From Escherichia phage OLB35, in sequence record MH992122.1: 64,000 nucleotides of DNA; one strand, 5' to 3'. The notes under the pieces are model-generated. The model had not been told where the DNA came from. It searched no databases and worked only from the letters and a program-made list of their open reading frames with translations. Shown piece after piece: positions 46,188 through 57,466 of this stretch; position 1 is the stretch's first letter; every line of letters starts with the position of its first letter. Position numbers and translations under genes: made by a program.

Positions 46188-46778
46188 TTAACGCAAGGAA
46201 GGGTGTCTAGAAATGGATTTAGATTCGGCTGCTTGACGAGGCTGTTGAGATACAATGACTTCGCCGTCTTTTTCTATCGTCATATACGCGTAGTGAATAG
46301 TTGCTACGCACGTAACGGCAGGGTCAGAATCTTCAGTGTAACTAAATTCAATTTCGCTCAAATCAGAAATCCATGGTTTATAGAAATTTGCCGTCAAAAC
46401 GACTTCAGTCTTATTGTTGTTTAAAATGTGCAAAGTAACAAACTCAGGACCATCAGCATGGGCCGTATTATGTCCGGTTATATAGTTATTAGTGCTGAGC
46501 ATCCATTTATACATGTTCATCCAGGACGTCATGTCTTCATCAACTATAAATCGTACAATAAAAGGGTCATATTCAAATGTTGTGCCTGCACGCATTGCAC
46601 GCCCTAGCCCCATTGTGCCTGTCACAGTTTCAACAACAGGAATTCTCACACCTGGCAGTGGAGCCGTTTGGGCATTGAGCACAAAACCTGAAGTTCGTGT
46701 ACTATCCGGGATATCCACAACAAAGTTTGTTATATTTGTTTGGTTAAAAATCTGTCTCGCTGGACGAGTCATAAGCAC
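46188..46778 (-). CDS. 3: Tail completion / sheath stabiliser gp3
   Basis: ...MTRPARQIFNQTNITNFVVDIPDSTRTSGFVLNAQTAPLPG...; position between 1 and 2. Confidence 0.8.
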   Translation of the reverse strand: MLMTRPARQIFNQTNITNFVVDIPDSTRTSGFVLNAQTAPLPGVRIPVVETVTGTMGLGRAMRAGTTFEYDPFIVRFIVDEDMTSWMNMYKWMLSTNNYITGHNTAHADGPEFVTLHILNNNKTEVVLTANFYKPWISDLSEIEFSYTEDSDPAVTCVATIHYAYMTIEKDGEVIVSQQPRQAAESKSISRHPSLR

Positions 46779-46874
46779 CTCAAAAACGCTTTAATAAAAA
46801 TGCAGTATAATGGTTTTAGGTCTCTTCCATTAATCCGGTTCAACAGAATATCAGAAGAACGGAAGAGAATAGAA

Positions 46875-47696
46875 TTAAGATTTCCAAACAGTATTCGCAG
46901 AGAAACGTTTTCCTTTTGACATAAATTGCTGAGTAGGTAACATGATTATGTTAGCCCAGTCTTTAGGAGCGATTTCTGTTATTGTTCCTCTAATGTGTCC
47001 TGGTAGGTATGCTTTAATCATTTTGTCAGCACCTTGAAATCCTTTCACCTTGCTCCAGTCTATCTTCAACTTTGTGTTATTAGTAATAGTAGTTGTGCTA
47101 GCATATTGCTTCAGCAATTCTTCAAGAAACTGTTGACGTGCTTTAGGTGGGATATAGTGCAAGTTTAACCCGTACATCAAATTATGTTTACCTAATCCTA
47201 AATAAATAATCAAAGGATATCGGTCCCAATACGGCAGAGTATCTTTATGTTTGGCATCATACATGTAAGTATAAATTTTGCCTGGCGTAGGCTTGACTAC
47301 TTTATGACCTTTTACACTTTTCTTAATTGTTTCAACGAACCACTTAGATGATTTGTTGTTTACTGCTGCGCCTTCATTTCTAATCTTTTCTCGTATTGAA
47401 CTGCGAAACGAGTTTATCATCAGAAGTTGACGTTCTTGCTTATTTAGTTTATTTTTAGGTTTAGATTCAAGCGTTTCAATTTTCTGTGCAGTCTTAATAG
47501 ATGATGCATATCTAGACATTGCAGATGTAAACGATGAGTATTTTATTCCTTTTGATTCTGCAAATGCTTTTGCAGTGATTCCTTTCTCTTTAGCTTTCTT
47601 GTATTCTAATCCTATCTCAATCCATTTTCTTTCATTCATAGACTGAGCAATCTTAGGGGCTTGTACGCCTTCAGATATAATTTGGAATATGCTCAT
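46875..47696 (-). CDS. 2: DNA end protector protein gp2
   Basis: 273-aa lysine-rich ORF between 3 and 4. Confidence 0.8.
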   Translation of the reverse strand: MSIFQIISEGVQAPKIAQSMNERKWIEIGLEYKKAKEKGITAKAFAESKGIKYSSFTSAMSRYASSIKTAQKIETLESKPKNKLNKQERQLLMINSFRSSIREKIRNEGAAVNNKSSKWFVETIKKSVKGHKVVKPTPGKIYTYMYDAKHKDTLPYWDRYPLIIYLGLGKHNLMYGLNLHYIPPKARQQFLEELLKQYASTTTITNNTKLKIDWSKVKGFQGADKMIKAYLPGHIRGTITEIAPKDWANIIMLPTQQFMSKGKRFSANTVWKS

Positions 47697-47698
47697 AA

Positions 47699-48148
47699 TT
47701 ACCCCTTGTATCCGAGTTTCCTAAGTCCGTCTTCGGTTAAAACTCGAAATTTTATATTTCTCTTTTCTGCGACAGCAGAAGCAGCTTTCCATTTGTCACA
47801 GTTCACAGACCACACGTAGATCTCGTTCATATAACGTTTCTTTGCTGCGGTCGTAAGATTTACAGGCTTAATAGGTGGTTGAGTTTCTTTCTTTGGTTTT
47901 ATTTCTACAAAGAACTCTTGACCTGATGCATCTTTCATCCATATGTCCATATAGTATCGACGTTTCTTACCTTCAGCATTACAAAAATATGGAATTACGG
48001 CTGTTTCACTACCCCATGCAATAATTTCCGGATTTTTATCCAACCATTCGAAAAAGAATTTTTCCCAGTTTGAACGATACGTTATTTTGGTATGGTCTCC
48101 ACGGTATTTTTTTAAATTTTTTGGGACCCATTTACCAGAGTAGGCCAT
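47699..48148 (-). CDS. 4: Head completion protein gp4
   Basis: [49 protein letters not shown]... matches T4 gp4. Confidence 0.88.
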   Translation of the reverse strand: MAYSGKWVPKNLKKYRGDHTKITYRSNWEKFFFEWLDKNPEIIAWGSETAVIPYFCNAEGKKRRYYMDIWMKDASGQEFFVEIKPKKETQPPIKPVNLTTAAKKRYMNEIYVWSVNCDKWKAASAVAEKRNIKFRVLTEDGLRKLGYKG

Positions 48149-48159
48149 GTTGTCCTCCT

Positions 48160-48167
48160 TATAAATA
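48160..48167 (+). promoter_or_regulatory. Late promoter (TATAAATA) for gene 53
   Basis: Exact TATAAATA ~40 nt upstream of the gene 53 ATG. Confidence 0.7.
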
Positions 48168-48174
48168 GTATTAT

Positions 48175-48182
48175 TATTTATA
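48175..48182 (-). promoter_or_regulatory. Late promoter (TATAAATA on the minus strand) for gene 4
   Basis: Reverse-complement TATAAATA ~27 nt upstream of the gene 4 ATG; divergent with the gene 53 promoter. Confidence 0.65.
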
Positions 48183-48209
48183 CCAATTTAATATTGGAAG
48201 GAGACTATT

Positions 48210-48785
48210 TTGTTATTTACATTCTTCGACCCAATAGGATATAGTGCTAAAACAGTTGATAAGAATGCACCTACTATTCCTATGACAGACATATTTCGTA
48301 ACTATAAAGAGTACTTTAAACGTGTTGCTGCCAATTATAGATTACGTTCTTATTACATTAAAGGCTCTCCACGTCCTGAAGAACTAGCAAACATAATTTA
48401 TGGCAACCCTCAATTATACTGGGTCCTTTTGATGTGTAATGATAACTATGATCCGTATTATGGTTGGATTACATCTCAGGAAGCAGCGTATCAAGCGTCT
48501 ATTCAGAAATATGCAAATGCTGGCGGAGACCAAATTCTTTACCATATTAACGAGAACCGTGAGAAATTTTACAATTTAGTTTCATATCCAGACGAGCCTT
48601 TAGTATGGTATGATAAAGGTGATGAAGCTCGTAAGTATCCGCAATATAAAGGACCTTTGGCTGCAGTAGATACTTATGAAGCAGCTGTACTAGATAACGA
48701 AAAACTTCGTAAAATAAAAATTGTTGCAAAGGAAGATATAAACTCGTTTATCACTGATTTGATTCGTGAGATGGAGATTGCATAA
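48210..48785 (+). CDS. 53: Baseplate wedge protein gp53
   Basis: MLFTFFDPIGYSAKTVDKNAPTIPMTDIFRNYKEYFKR... matches T4 gp53. Confidence 0.9.
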   Translation: MLFTFFDPIGYSAKTVDKNAPTIPMTDIFRNYKEYFKRVAANYRLRSYYIKGSPRPEELANIIYGNPQLYWVLLMCNDNYDPYYGWITSQEAAYQASIQKYANAGGDQILYHINENREKFYNLVSYPDEPLVWYDKGDEARKYPQYKGPLAAVDTYEAAVLDNEKLRKIKIVAKEDINSFITDLIREMEIA

Positions 48786-50518
48786 TGGAAATGATTAGTA
48801 GTAGCCTTAATTGGTTCGTGGGTGTTGTCGAGGACAGAATGGACCCATTGAAACAAGGGCGTGTTCGAGTACGAGTCGTAGGACTTCATCCAGCGCAGAG
48901 AGCACAAGGTGACGTACAAGGTATTCCTACCGAAAAACTTCCATGGATGACTGTTATTCAACCTATTACATCGGCATCAATGTCGGGTATTGGTGGTTCT
49001 GTTACAGGCCCTGTCGAAGGAACTCGAGTATATGGTCATTTCTTAGACAAATGGAAAACAAACGGTATTGTACTCGGTACATATGGTGGAATTGTACGCG
49101 AAAAGCCTAATAGACTAGAAGGTTTTTCCGACCCTACAGGTCAATATCCACGACGTTTAGGTAATGATACGAACGTATTAAACCAAGGTGGTGAAGCTGG
49201 TTATTATTCGAATTCTAACGTAATTCAAGACAACAACTTGGATTATGGTATAAACCCAGATGATACAGATTTAGCAAATATTCCAGAAGATGATGACCCT
49301 AATTTTACAATAACAGAAATGTTACGTCGTGATGAAGGTCTTCGTGATAAAGTGTATTGGGACCATCTAGGGTATCCTACAGTAGGTATTGGACACCTTA
49401 TCGTAATGGAAAAGACCCGAGATATGTCTCGAATTAATAAATTATTATCTGATCAAGTAGGGCGTGAAGTAACAGGAAATCCCGGGACTATTACATTAGA
49501 AGAAGCAACAGCGTTATTTGAGAAAGACCTTGCTAAGATGCAGAAAGACATTCGTTCTAATTCTAAAGTAGGTCCTGTTTATGCTAAAATGAACAGGTCT
49601 CGTCAAATGGCATTAGAAAACATGTGCTTCCAAATGGGCGTTGGCGGTGTAGCAAAATTCAATACTATGCTTAAAGCAATGGCCACAGGTGATTGGAAAA
49701 CTGCATACAAATCTGGGCGTGATTCATTATGGTTCCAACAGACTAAAGGACGTGCTTCACGCGTAACAACAATTATTTTAACTGGTAACATGGAATCATA
49801 CGGTGTTCCTGTTAAAACACCACCTTCGCCTGGTGTTGGTGCCGATTTAGTTACTAGAAATACAGATCCAGAAGACCCGGCTGGTCCTCCTGTTCCATTA
49901 GATTCGCGTATCCTTTTTAAAGAACCTGAATCAAGTTATCGCGGTGAATACCCGTATGTTCATGCTATGGAAACAGAAAGCGGTCATATCCAAGAATTTG
50001 ATGACACTCCAGGTAACGAACGTTATCGCTTAGTTCATCCAACAGGGTCATATGAGGAAGTTTCTCCATCCGGGCGTCGTACTCGTAAAACTGTAGAAGA
50101 CCTTTTTGACATCACTAATGGTGATGGGAATTTCCTGGTTTCTGGTGATAAACTTGTTAACGTTGGTGCTAATGAAATATATTATAACATGGCAGACCGC
50201 CTCCATCAAATAGATGGCAGCGACACAATCTTTATTCGTGGTAACCAAACTAAAACTGTTGAAGGCGATGGAACTCTTTACGTTAAGGGCAATATCAAAA
50301 TAGTTGTTGACGGAAATGCAGATATTCTTGTTAAAGGTGATGCTAAGACTCAAGTTGAAGGGAATCATGACTATACTGTCAATGGTAATGTTAAATGGAC
50401 TGTCAATGGTAATGTTGATATGACTGTTGCTGGCAATTGGTCTGAGACAATGACTACAATGAGCTCAATAGCTTCAGGACAATATACTGTTGACGGATCT
50501 CGTATTGATATTGGGTAA
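48785..50518 (+). CDS. 5: Baseplate hub / tail lysozyme gp5
   Basis: 577 aa; N-terminal OB domain, central lysozyme domain (RDEGLRDKVYWDHLGYPTVGIGHL), C-terminal VxGxxxxxV beta-helix repeats. Confidence 0.92.
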   Translation: MEMISSSLNWFVGVVEDRMDPLKQGRVRVRVVGLHPAQRAQGDVQGIPTEKLPWMTVIQPITSASMSGIGGSVTGPVEGTRVYGHFLDKWKTNGIVLGTYGGIVREKPNRLEGFSDPTGQYPRRLGNDTNVLNQGGEAGYYSNSNVIQDNNLDYGINPDDTDLANIPEDDDPNFTITEMLRRDEGLRDKVYWDHLGYPTVGIGHLIVMEKTRDMSRINKLLSDQVGREVTGNPGTITLEEATALFEKDLAKMQKDIRSNSKVGPVYAKMNRSRQMALENMCFQMGVGGVAKFNTMLKAMATGDWKTAYKSGRDSLWFQQTKGRASRVTTIILTGNMESYGVPVKTPPSPGVGADLVTRNTDPEDPAGPPVPLDSRILFKEPESSYRGEYPYVHAMETESGHIQEFDDTPGNERYRLVHPTGSYEEVSPSGRRTRKTVEDLFDITNGDGNFLVSGDKLVNVGANEIYYNMADRLHQIDGSDTIFIRGNQTKTVEGDGTLYVKGNIKIVVDGNADILVKGDAKTQVEGNHDYTVNGNVKWTVNGNVDMTVAGNWSETMTTMSSIASGQYTVDGSRIDIG

Positions 50519-50521
50519 TAT

Positions 50522-51037
50522 ATGGCACAAATACTTCCTTTAAATACCGACTTAGGAGAAGACATGGAAGGGGCGTCTATTGACGTCCTTTTTACTCCTC
50601 AGCTAGAAACGTCCGAAACTTTAGTGTCAATAAATATAACAGATTATGAACCGACACAAGGCATTACGGTAGATGGTAATCGTTTATATGGAACATATGA
50701 AAGTGTGTTTAGCTTTTCTTCGGATGCATTGAAATATCGATTAAATGATGATTTTAAAACTGCATCTTCATGGGATGATTTACCGAAAGATGAATCCGCA
50801 CAGTTATATTTGTGGAGAGCTCCTCAGAATCTTCGTAAAGTGTTTAGTTATACGGTTGAAATGATTTATAACTACCAAGAAGAAAGTTCATCAGGCGGCA
50901 CAAGAAGTGACTCTGGTGCAGAACCTCCACCGGCTCCAGTACAAAAAACTCTTACTAAGGTTTATACAAAAACTATAGTAGGAAATTGGAGCAAATGGGC
51001 ACAACAATTACGAAACTATGTTTATATGAGGCCATAA
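50522..51037 (+). CDS. 5.1: gp5.1-like protein
   Basis: 171-aa ORF immediately after gene 5. Confidence 0.55.
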   Translation: MAQILPLNTDLGEDMEGASIDVLFTPQLETSETLVSINITDYEPTQGITVDGNRLYGTYESVFSFSSDALKYRLNDDFKTASSWDDLPKDESAQLYLWRAPQNLRKVFSYTVEMIYNYQEESSSGGTRSDSGAEPPPAPVQKTLTKVYTKTIVGNWSKWAQQLRNYVYMRP

Positions 51038-51039
51038 AA

Positions 51040-51333
51040 ATGTCTGGCTTAAGTTACGACCAGTGCGTTACAACAGGTCATGAAGCATGGCCTCCTACGG
51101 TAATTAACGCTTCTCAATCTAAAGTATTCACCGGTGGTATTCCTGTTCTTGTAGCAGGAGACCAAATAACACCTCATACAGAAATTAAAAAACCATACGA
51201 GACTCATGGAGGTGTTACTGAACCTCGTACATCTAAAGTATATGTCACCGGTAAAAAGGCCGTTCAAATGGCTGACCCAATTTCATGCGGGGACACTGTT
51301 TCTCAGGCCTCGTCAAAAGTCTTTATCAAATAG
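51040..51333 (+). CDS. 5.4: gp5.4 PAAR-like spike tip protein
   Basis: 97 aa from [19 protein letters not shown]...; PAAR-like [15 protein letters not shown] region; between 5.1 and 6. Confidence 0.75.
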   Translation: MSGLSYDQCVTTGHEAWPPTVINASQSKVFTGGIPVLVAGDQITPHTEIKKPYETHGGVTEPRTSKVYVTGKKAVQMADPISCGDTVSQASSKVFIK

Positions 51334-51341
51334 GAATTAAA

Positions 51342-53312
51342 ATGGCAAACACTCCTGTAAATTATCAATTAACCCGAACAGCGAATGCTATTCCCGAGAT
51401 TTTTATCGGGGGCACATTTGCCGAAATCAAACAAAACATTATCGAATGGCTCAATGGACAGAACGAATTTCTTGATTATGATTTTGAAGGTTCGCGTTTA
51501 AACGTATTGTGCGACCTTTTAGCATATAATACTCTTTATATCCAACAGTTCAGTAATAGTGCGGTGTATGAAAGCTTTATGCGCACTGCAAACTTGCGTA
51601 GCTCTGTTGTACAAGCGGCTCAAGATAACGGATACCTGCCTTCATCTAAATCGGCAGCACAAACAGAAATTATGCTCACATGTACGGATGCATTAAATAG
51701 AAACTATATCACTATTCCACGTGGTACTCGTTTCCTGGCGTATGCTAAAGGTACTTCTGTAAATCCATATAACTTTGTTTCCACAGAAGACGTCATTGTA
51801 GTTAAAGACAAAAATAATCAATATTTCCCACGTCTTAGGTTAGCTCAGGGACGTATTGTTCGTACTGAATTAACATTTGATAAATTAAAACCTATCATTA
51901 TTCGTGATAAGAACATTGACCGTAATTTGGTTAAATTGTATGTTGACGGAGCAGAATGGATTAACTGGACTCGCAAATCGATGGTTCATGCTGGTTCTAC
52001 TTCAACCATTTATTATATGCGAGAAACTGTTGACGGGAACACTGAATTTTATTTTGGTGAAGGTGAAATCTCTATTAACACATCAGAAGGTGCTTTAACA
52101 TCTAACTACGTTGGCGGCCTTAAACCTGTCCAGGGTTCTAAAATCGTAATTGAATATATTTCTACTAATGGTGCTGAAGCAAATGGTGCAGTAGGATTCT
52201 CTTATGCTGATACATTAGCTAATATCACAGTTATTGGAATTAATGAAAACCCAAGTAATAACCCTGACTTCGTTGGTGCGGATGGCGGTGGCGACCCTGA
52301 AGATATTGAACGTATCCGTGAATTAGGTACAATTAAACGCGAAACTCAACAACGATGTGTGACTGCGACAGATTACGACACATTCGTCTCTGAACGATTT
52401 GGTTCTATTATTCAAGCGGTTCAGACATTTACGGATTCATCTAAGCCTGGGTACGCATTTATTGCTGCTAAACCTAAGTCTGGGTTATATTTGACTTCCG
52501 TCCAACGAGACGATATTAAAAATTATCTTAATGAGTATAACTTAGGGACGATAACTCCTGTTGTTATTTCTCCTGATTATTTGTTTATTAAAATGAATAT
52601 TCGCGTTACGTATGCATTGAACAAATTACAGGAATCTGAACAATGGTTAGAAGGCCAAATTATTAATAAAATCGACCGGTATTATATTGAAGACGTGGAA
52701 ATTTTTAACTCGTCATTCGCAAAATCTAAAATGCTAACGTATGTCGATGACGCAGATATTTCTATCATTGGTTCGTCTGCGACTATTCAAATGGTTCGCG
52801 AGGTACAGAACTTCTACAAAACACCTGAAACAGGTATTAAATACAATAACCAGATTAAAGATAGAACATTAGAATCTAACGTGTTTTCATTTGATAGTTT
52901 ACGCGTTGACCCTGAAACGGAAGATACTATTAAATATGACGTTCGCATTGTAGGTTCAGATAGAAATGACCGTGGCATTGGACAAGTTATTATTGGCCCG
53001 TTTGCAGATGGCGACGTTATAGAAAATGCTTATATTCAACCATATACTGGTGACGATTTTAATAAACTTCATGTTACGGACGGAAGAAACAAATATTACT
53101 CTATAGGTGAAGTAAATTATCCGGCTGATTCAATTTATTGGAATATAGCTAAAATTGATTTAACTTCCGATAGATTTGAAGTTCAAACTATTGAACTCTA
53201 TTCAGACCCAGCTGATGATGTTATCTTTACTAAAGACGGGTCATTAATTGTATTTGAAAATGACTTACGTCCACAATATTTAACCATAGATTTGGAGCCT
53301 ATTTCACAATGA
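51342..53312 (+). CDS. 6: Baseplate wedge protein gp6
   Basis: ~656 aa from MANTPVNYQ...; the track ORF starts 19 codons earlier; synteny 5-6-7. Confidence 0.88.
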   Translation: MANTPVNYQLTRTANAIPEIFIGGTFAEIKQNIIEWLNGQNEFLDYDFEGSRLNVLCDLLAYNTLYIQQFSNSAVYESFMRTANLRSSVVQAAQDNGYLPSSKSAAQTEIMLTCTDALNRNYITIPRGTRFLAYAKGTSVNPYNFVSTEDVIVVKDKNNQYFPRLRLAQGRIVRTELTFDKLKPIIIRDKNIDRNLVKLYVDGAEWINWTRKSMVHAGSTSTIYYMRETVDGNTEFYFGEGEISINTSEGALTSNYVGGLKPVQGSKIVIEYISTNGAEANGAVGFSYADTLANITVIGINENPSNNPDFVGADGGGDPEDIERIRELGTIKRETQQRCVTATDYDTFVSERFGSIIQAVQTFTDSSKPGYAFIAAKPKSGLYLTSVQRDDIKNYLNEYNLGTITPVVISPDYLFIKMNIRVTYALNKLQESEQWLEGQIINKIDRYYIEDVEIFNSSFAKSKMLTYVDDADISIIGSSATIQMVREVQNFYKTPETGIKYNNQIKDRTLESNVFSFDSLRVDPETEDTIKYDVRIVGSDRNDRGIGQVIIGPFADGDVIENAYIQPYTGDDFNKLHVTDGRNKYYSIGEVNYPADSIYWNIAKIDLTSDRFEVQTIELYSDPADDVIFTKDGSLIVFENDLRPQYLTIDLEPISQ

Positions 53313-56300
53313 CAGTAAAAGCGCCAGCAGTCACGAGTCTCAGATTATCTAAATTGTCCGCAAACCAAGTTCAAATTCGCTGGGATGAGGTTGGCGCTAA
53401 TTTCTACTATTTTGTGGAAATAGCTGAGACCAAAACAGCTAATGGGGAAGCAATTCCCCGTAATAGCTATAGATGGACTAATTTAGGATATACCGCTGAT
53501 AACAATTTCTTTGAGTCTGGTTTAAATTCATTAACAACATATATGATGCGTGTGGCTACAGCAGCGGAGGGATTTGAGCAGTCTGATTGGAGATACACCG
53601 AAGAGTTTGAAACATTTGAAATAAACGCTTACACATTCCAACATATGATTGAAATGCAATTAGCTAACGAGTTTATTTCTGAAAAATTTACAAAAAATAA
53701 TACAAACTACGTTGATTTTAATAATGACACTATCATGGCAGCACTGATGAGCGAGTCGTTCCAATTTAGTCCTGCATACACCGATGTGTCATCGATTAGA
53801 AATTTTATAATTGGTGAAAATCGGTATCATGAAATCCAGGGGCATATCCAGGACGTATGTAAAGATATAAATCGAGTATATCTAATGGAATCTGAAGGAA
53901 TTCTTTACCTTTTTGAAAGATTCCAACCTATTGTAAAAGTGTCTAATGATAAAGGCCAAACATGGAAAGCGGTTAAATTGCTTAATGACCGTGTAGGATA
54001 TCCACTTTCACGAACTGTATATTACCAATCAGAATATACGACGTATTTGCTCGGCTATGATAAGATTTTTTACGGGCGTAAATCATCCGATATTCGTTGG
54101 TCTGCTGATGATGTTCGTTTCAGTTCACAAGATGTAACATTTGCTAAAATCGGGGACCGATTAAATTTAGGTTTTGATGTAGAGATTTTCGGTACATACG
54201 CATCATTACCAGGAAACGTATCACGTATTGCAGAAGCTATTACTTGTAATGATGACTATGTTTATATTGCGGCCAGAGATAAAGTTCGCTTCGTTAAAAC
54301 CAGTAACGCTCCTATTGATTCAGATCCATTATCTCCGACCTATTCCGAACGGTTGTTTGAACCTGAGACGTTTACAATAACAGGCAACCCTAAAGCAGTT
54401 TGTTATAAAATGGATTCTGTTGGTGGAAGAATATTCGCTCTTATTATTGGTGAAGTCGAAAACGTTAATGACGACCCAAGAACAAAGCCTATTTTAGATT
54501 CCGTTGATAAAGGTGTATACGTTTTAGACCATGACGCTGGAAAATTTAAAAGGATATTTGGTAATACCGAAGAAGAACGCCGTCGTATAGAACCGGCTTT
54601 CACCAATATGTCTACTGATGGTGTTGAGCTTTATATCTCTTCTAGTAATTTTAAATTTTTAGAATCTGATATTGTTGACGACCCAGAAACGCAATCTAAG
54701 TATGGACTTTTAGGAGCAGTTAAGTATGAATATCCTAGAGAATGGCTCGCAGATAAACATTACCATATGATGATTTTCGCATCAAACGAAGAAAGTAATT
54801 GGGAAACTTTTTCACCAACTCCTATGCAGTATTATGCAGAACCTTTCTTTAGTTATTCTAGAAAATCAGGCACACGTTCTTGGATTAATAACTCTGATAG
54901 AGCGGTAGTGATTTATTCTGATTTGCTTTACACAAAGGTAGTGGAAAGCCACCCTAGCACTTCACCTGATCGTAAAGTTCATGAATACTGGAATGATGGC
55001 GATTGTAAGATTGTTATGCCGAATATAGAATTCACTGGATTTAAAAAATACGCATCTGGTATGTTGTTTTATAAATCATCAGGTGAAATAATTTCATATT
55101 ACGATTTTAGTTATCGTGTTAGAGATAACGTTTCTATAATTTGGAAGCCCACTAACGTATTTTTGACCTCCTCATTACAAAACCAAGAAAAAGAAACTTC
55201 TTGGGTTCCTGTTGAAGAGACTGGTCTAGCTGACCCGGATTTACGCCCATTACTCACTACAATGATGCCAGAGTCTTATCTGTTGGATAATACAAACTTT
55301 GAAGCATTTTGTGAAGCGTATATTCAATATCTTTCTGATGGATACGGGACTCATTATAATAACTTATTGAATTTGATTAAAAATAAATACCCACGAGAAG
55401 AACACGCATGGGAATATCTTTGGTCTGAAATTTATAAACGGAACATTTATTTGAATGCTGAGAAACGTGATTTAGTTTCTAGGTTCTTTGAGTCCAGAAG
55501 TTATGATTTTTATTCTACTAAAGGAACTGAAGCGTCGTATAAGTTTTTGTTTAAAGTTCTTTATAACGAAGACGTTGAAGTGGAAATTGAGTCATCTGCT
55601 GGAACAGAGTACGATATCATAATTCAATCTGATTCTATAAGTGAAGATTTGGTTGGACAAACTATATACACCGCTACAGGTAGATGTAATGTTACATATT
55701 TAGAAAGAAGCTATTCTAAAGGTAAATTACAATGGACTGTGACTATTCATAACCTTTTAGGTAGGCTTTTAGTCGGTCAAGAAGTAAAAGCCGAAAGACT
55801 AGCAGATTTTGAAGGTGAAATAGTTCGCGGTATTAAAGGTAAAGAACTTGCCCAAAACACTATCGATTATTTTAATCGTGGTAGAGCTTATTACGTCATG
55901 AAAATAAAGTCAAATCTTCCATCCTCTCGTTGGAAATCTGACGTACTACGTTTTGTACATCCGGTAGGATTTGGATTTATTGCAATAACCTTATTAACAA
56001 TGTTTATTAATACAGGATTAACGCTTAAACATGTTGAAACTATTATTAATAAATATAAAAATTATAAGTGGGATTCCGGACTGCCTACGGAATATGCAGA
56101 CCGCGTCGCTCGTTTAGACCCTCAAGGTAATGTAGAATTCAATCCTGTTACAGGTGAAGTAATTTATGATGCTGGTCCTTATGCCGGTATCGAATACCCT
56201 TTACCTGCAAATTATAACGAAGAAAATGATAACTCTATTTTCCAAGGACAATTACCGTCCGAACGACGCAAGCCAATGAGCCCATTATTTGATGCATCAG

Positions 56301-56407
56301 GTACAACGTTCTCTAGATTTAGAGAGCTTGTTAATGAAAGATTGTTAGATAACGTGGGAAATCCTAGAGACCCGATTAATCCACCACAGGTTAAATTAGA
56401 TGAATGA
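53309..56407 (+). CDS. 7: Baseplate wedge initiator gp7
   Basis: 1032 aa, same length as T4 gp7; overlapping stop/start with genes 6 and 8. Confidence 0.9.
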   Translation: MTVKAPAVTSLRLSKLSANQVQIRWDEVGANFYYFVEIAETKTANGEAIPRNSYRWTNLGYTADNNFFESGLNSLTTYMMRVATAAEGFEQSDWRYTEEFETFEINAYTFQHMIEMQLANEFISEKFTKNNTNYVDFNNDTIMAALMSESFQFSPAYTDVSSIRNFIIGENRYHEIQGHIQDVCKDINRVYLMESEGILYLFERFQPIVKVSNDKGQTWKAVKLLNDRVGYPLSRTVYYQSEYTTYLLGYDKIFYGRKSSDIRWSADDVRFSSQDVTFAKIGDRLNLGFDVEIFGTYASLPGNVSRIAEAITCNDDYVYIAARDKVRFVKTSNAPIDSDPLSPTYSERLFEPETFTITGNPKAVCYKMDSVGGRIFALIIGEVENVNDDPRTKPILDSVDKGVYVLDHDAGKFKRIFGNTEEERRRIEPAFTNMSTDGVELYISSSNFKFLESDIVDDPETQSKYGLLGAVKYEYPREWLADKHYHMMIFASNEESNWETFSPTPMQYYAEPFFSYSRKSGTRSWINNSDRAVVIYSDLLYTKVVESHPSTSPDRKVHEYWNDGDCKIVMPNIEFTGFKKYASGMLFYKSSGEIISYYDFSYRVRDNVSIIWKPTNVFLTSSLQNQEKETSWVPVEETGLADPDLRPLLTTMMPESYLLDNTNFEAFCEAYIQYLSDGYGTHYNNLLNLIKNKYPREEHAWEYLWSEIYKRNIYLNAEKRDLVSRFFESRSYDFYSTKGTEASYKFLFKVLYNEDVEVEIESSAGTEYDIIIQSDSISEDLVGQTIYTATGRCNVTYLERSYSKGKLQWTVTIHNLLGRLLVGQEVKAERLADFEGEIVRGIKGKELAQNTIDYFNRGRAYYVMKIKSNLPSSRWKSDVLRFVHPVGFGFIAITLLTMFINTGLTLKHVETIINKYKNYKWDSGLPTEYADRVARLDPQGNVEFNPVTGEVIYDAGPYAGIEYPLPANYNEENDNSIFQGQLPSERRKPMSPLFDASGTTFSRFRELVNERLLDNVGNPRDPINPPQVKLDE

Positions 56408-57404
56408 TTCAAGTGTTGTCTATCGTTCGATAGTTACTTCAAAATTTAGAACTGAAAAAATGTTGAATTTCTACAATTCAATAGGTGATGGTGATAATAA
56501 AAACACCATCTTTATAACGTTTGGTCGGTCTGAACCATGGGCTGCTAATGAAAATGAGGTGGGCTTCGCCCCACCGTATCCAACAGACTCGGTTTTAGGT
56601 GTAACAGATATGTGGACTAACATGATGGGTTTAGTTAAAGTTATCCCATCTATGTTAGACTCGGTTATTCCTAGACGTGACTGGGGAGATATTCGTTATC
56701 CGGACCCTTATACGTTCAAAATAAATGATATAGTCGTATGTAATACAGCCCCATATAACGCCACTGAAGTCGGAGCTGGATGGTTAGTATACCGTTGCGT
56801 AGATGTTCCTGATGTTGGGATGTGTTCTATTGAGTCTCTCGACAACAAAGAAGAATGTCTTAAATTAGGCGGTAAATGGACTCCATCTGTTAGGTCTTTA
56901 ACCCCTCCTGAAGGCCGTGGAGATGCTGAAGGGATTATCGAAGTTGGTGATGGATATATATGGGAGTATCTTTATGAGATTCCACCCGATGTGTCTATAA
57001 ACCGATGTACTAATGAATATATAGTCGTTCCATGGCCGGAAGAAGTTAAAGAAGATCCTGCTCGTTGGGGATATGAAAACAATCTAACCTGGCAACAAGA
57101 TGATTTTGACCTTGTGTATAGAGTTAAAGCAAACATAATTCGTTTTAAAGCCTATTTAGACTCAGTTTATTTCCCTAATGCAGCACTGCCTGGTAATAAA
57201 GGATTTAGACAAATTTCTATTATCACAAACCCCTTGGAAGCTAAACTCCGTCCTAATGACCCTAATATAAAAGCTGAAAAGGATTATTATGACCCCAGAG
57301 ATTTACAGCGTCATTCTGGTGAAATGATTTATATGGAAAACCGTCCACCTATTATTATGGCAATGGACCAAACCGAAGAGATCAATATTTTGTTTATGTT
57401 CTAA
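56400..57404 (+). CDS. 8: Baseplate wedge protein gp8
   Basis: 334 aa, same length as T4 gp8; synteny. Confidence 0.88.
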   Translation: MNDSSVVYRSIVTSKFRTEKMLNFYNSIGDGDNKNTIFITFGRSEPWAANENEVGFAPPYPTDSVLGVTDMWTNMMGLVKVIPSMLDSVIPRRDWGDIRYPDPYTFKINDIVVCNTAPYNATEVGAGWLVYRCVDVPDVGMCSIESLDNKEECLKLGGKWTPSVRSLTPPEGRGDAEGIIEVGDGYIWEYLYEIPPDVSINRCTNEYIVVPWPEEVKEDPARWGYENNLTWQQDDFDLVYRVKANIIRFKAYLDSVYFPNAALPGNKGFRQISIITNPLEAKLRPNDPNIKAEKDYYDPRDLQRHSGEMIYMENRPPIIMAMDQTEEINILFMF

Positions 57405-57433
57405 TTTAGGGAGACTTCGGTCTCCCTTTCGCG

Positions 57434-57441
57434 TATAAATA
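57434..57441 (+). promoter_or_regulatory. Late promoter (TATAAATA) for gene 9
   Basis: Exact TATAAATA ~25 nt upstream of the gene 9 ATG. Confidence 0.7.
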
Positions 57442-57466
57442 GTATAAACTATTAAGGATTAGCCAC

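Noticed and set aside
46135-46190. Late promoter upstream of gene 1 (reverse-complement TATAAATT)
   Set aside because: Only 7 of 8 matches to TATAAATA, and gene 1 is an early gene in T4; not called.
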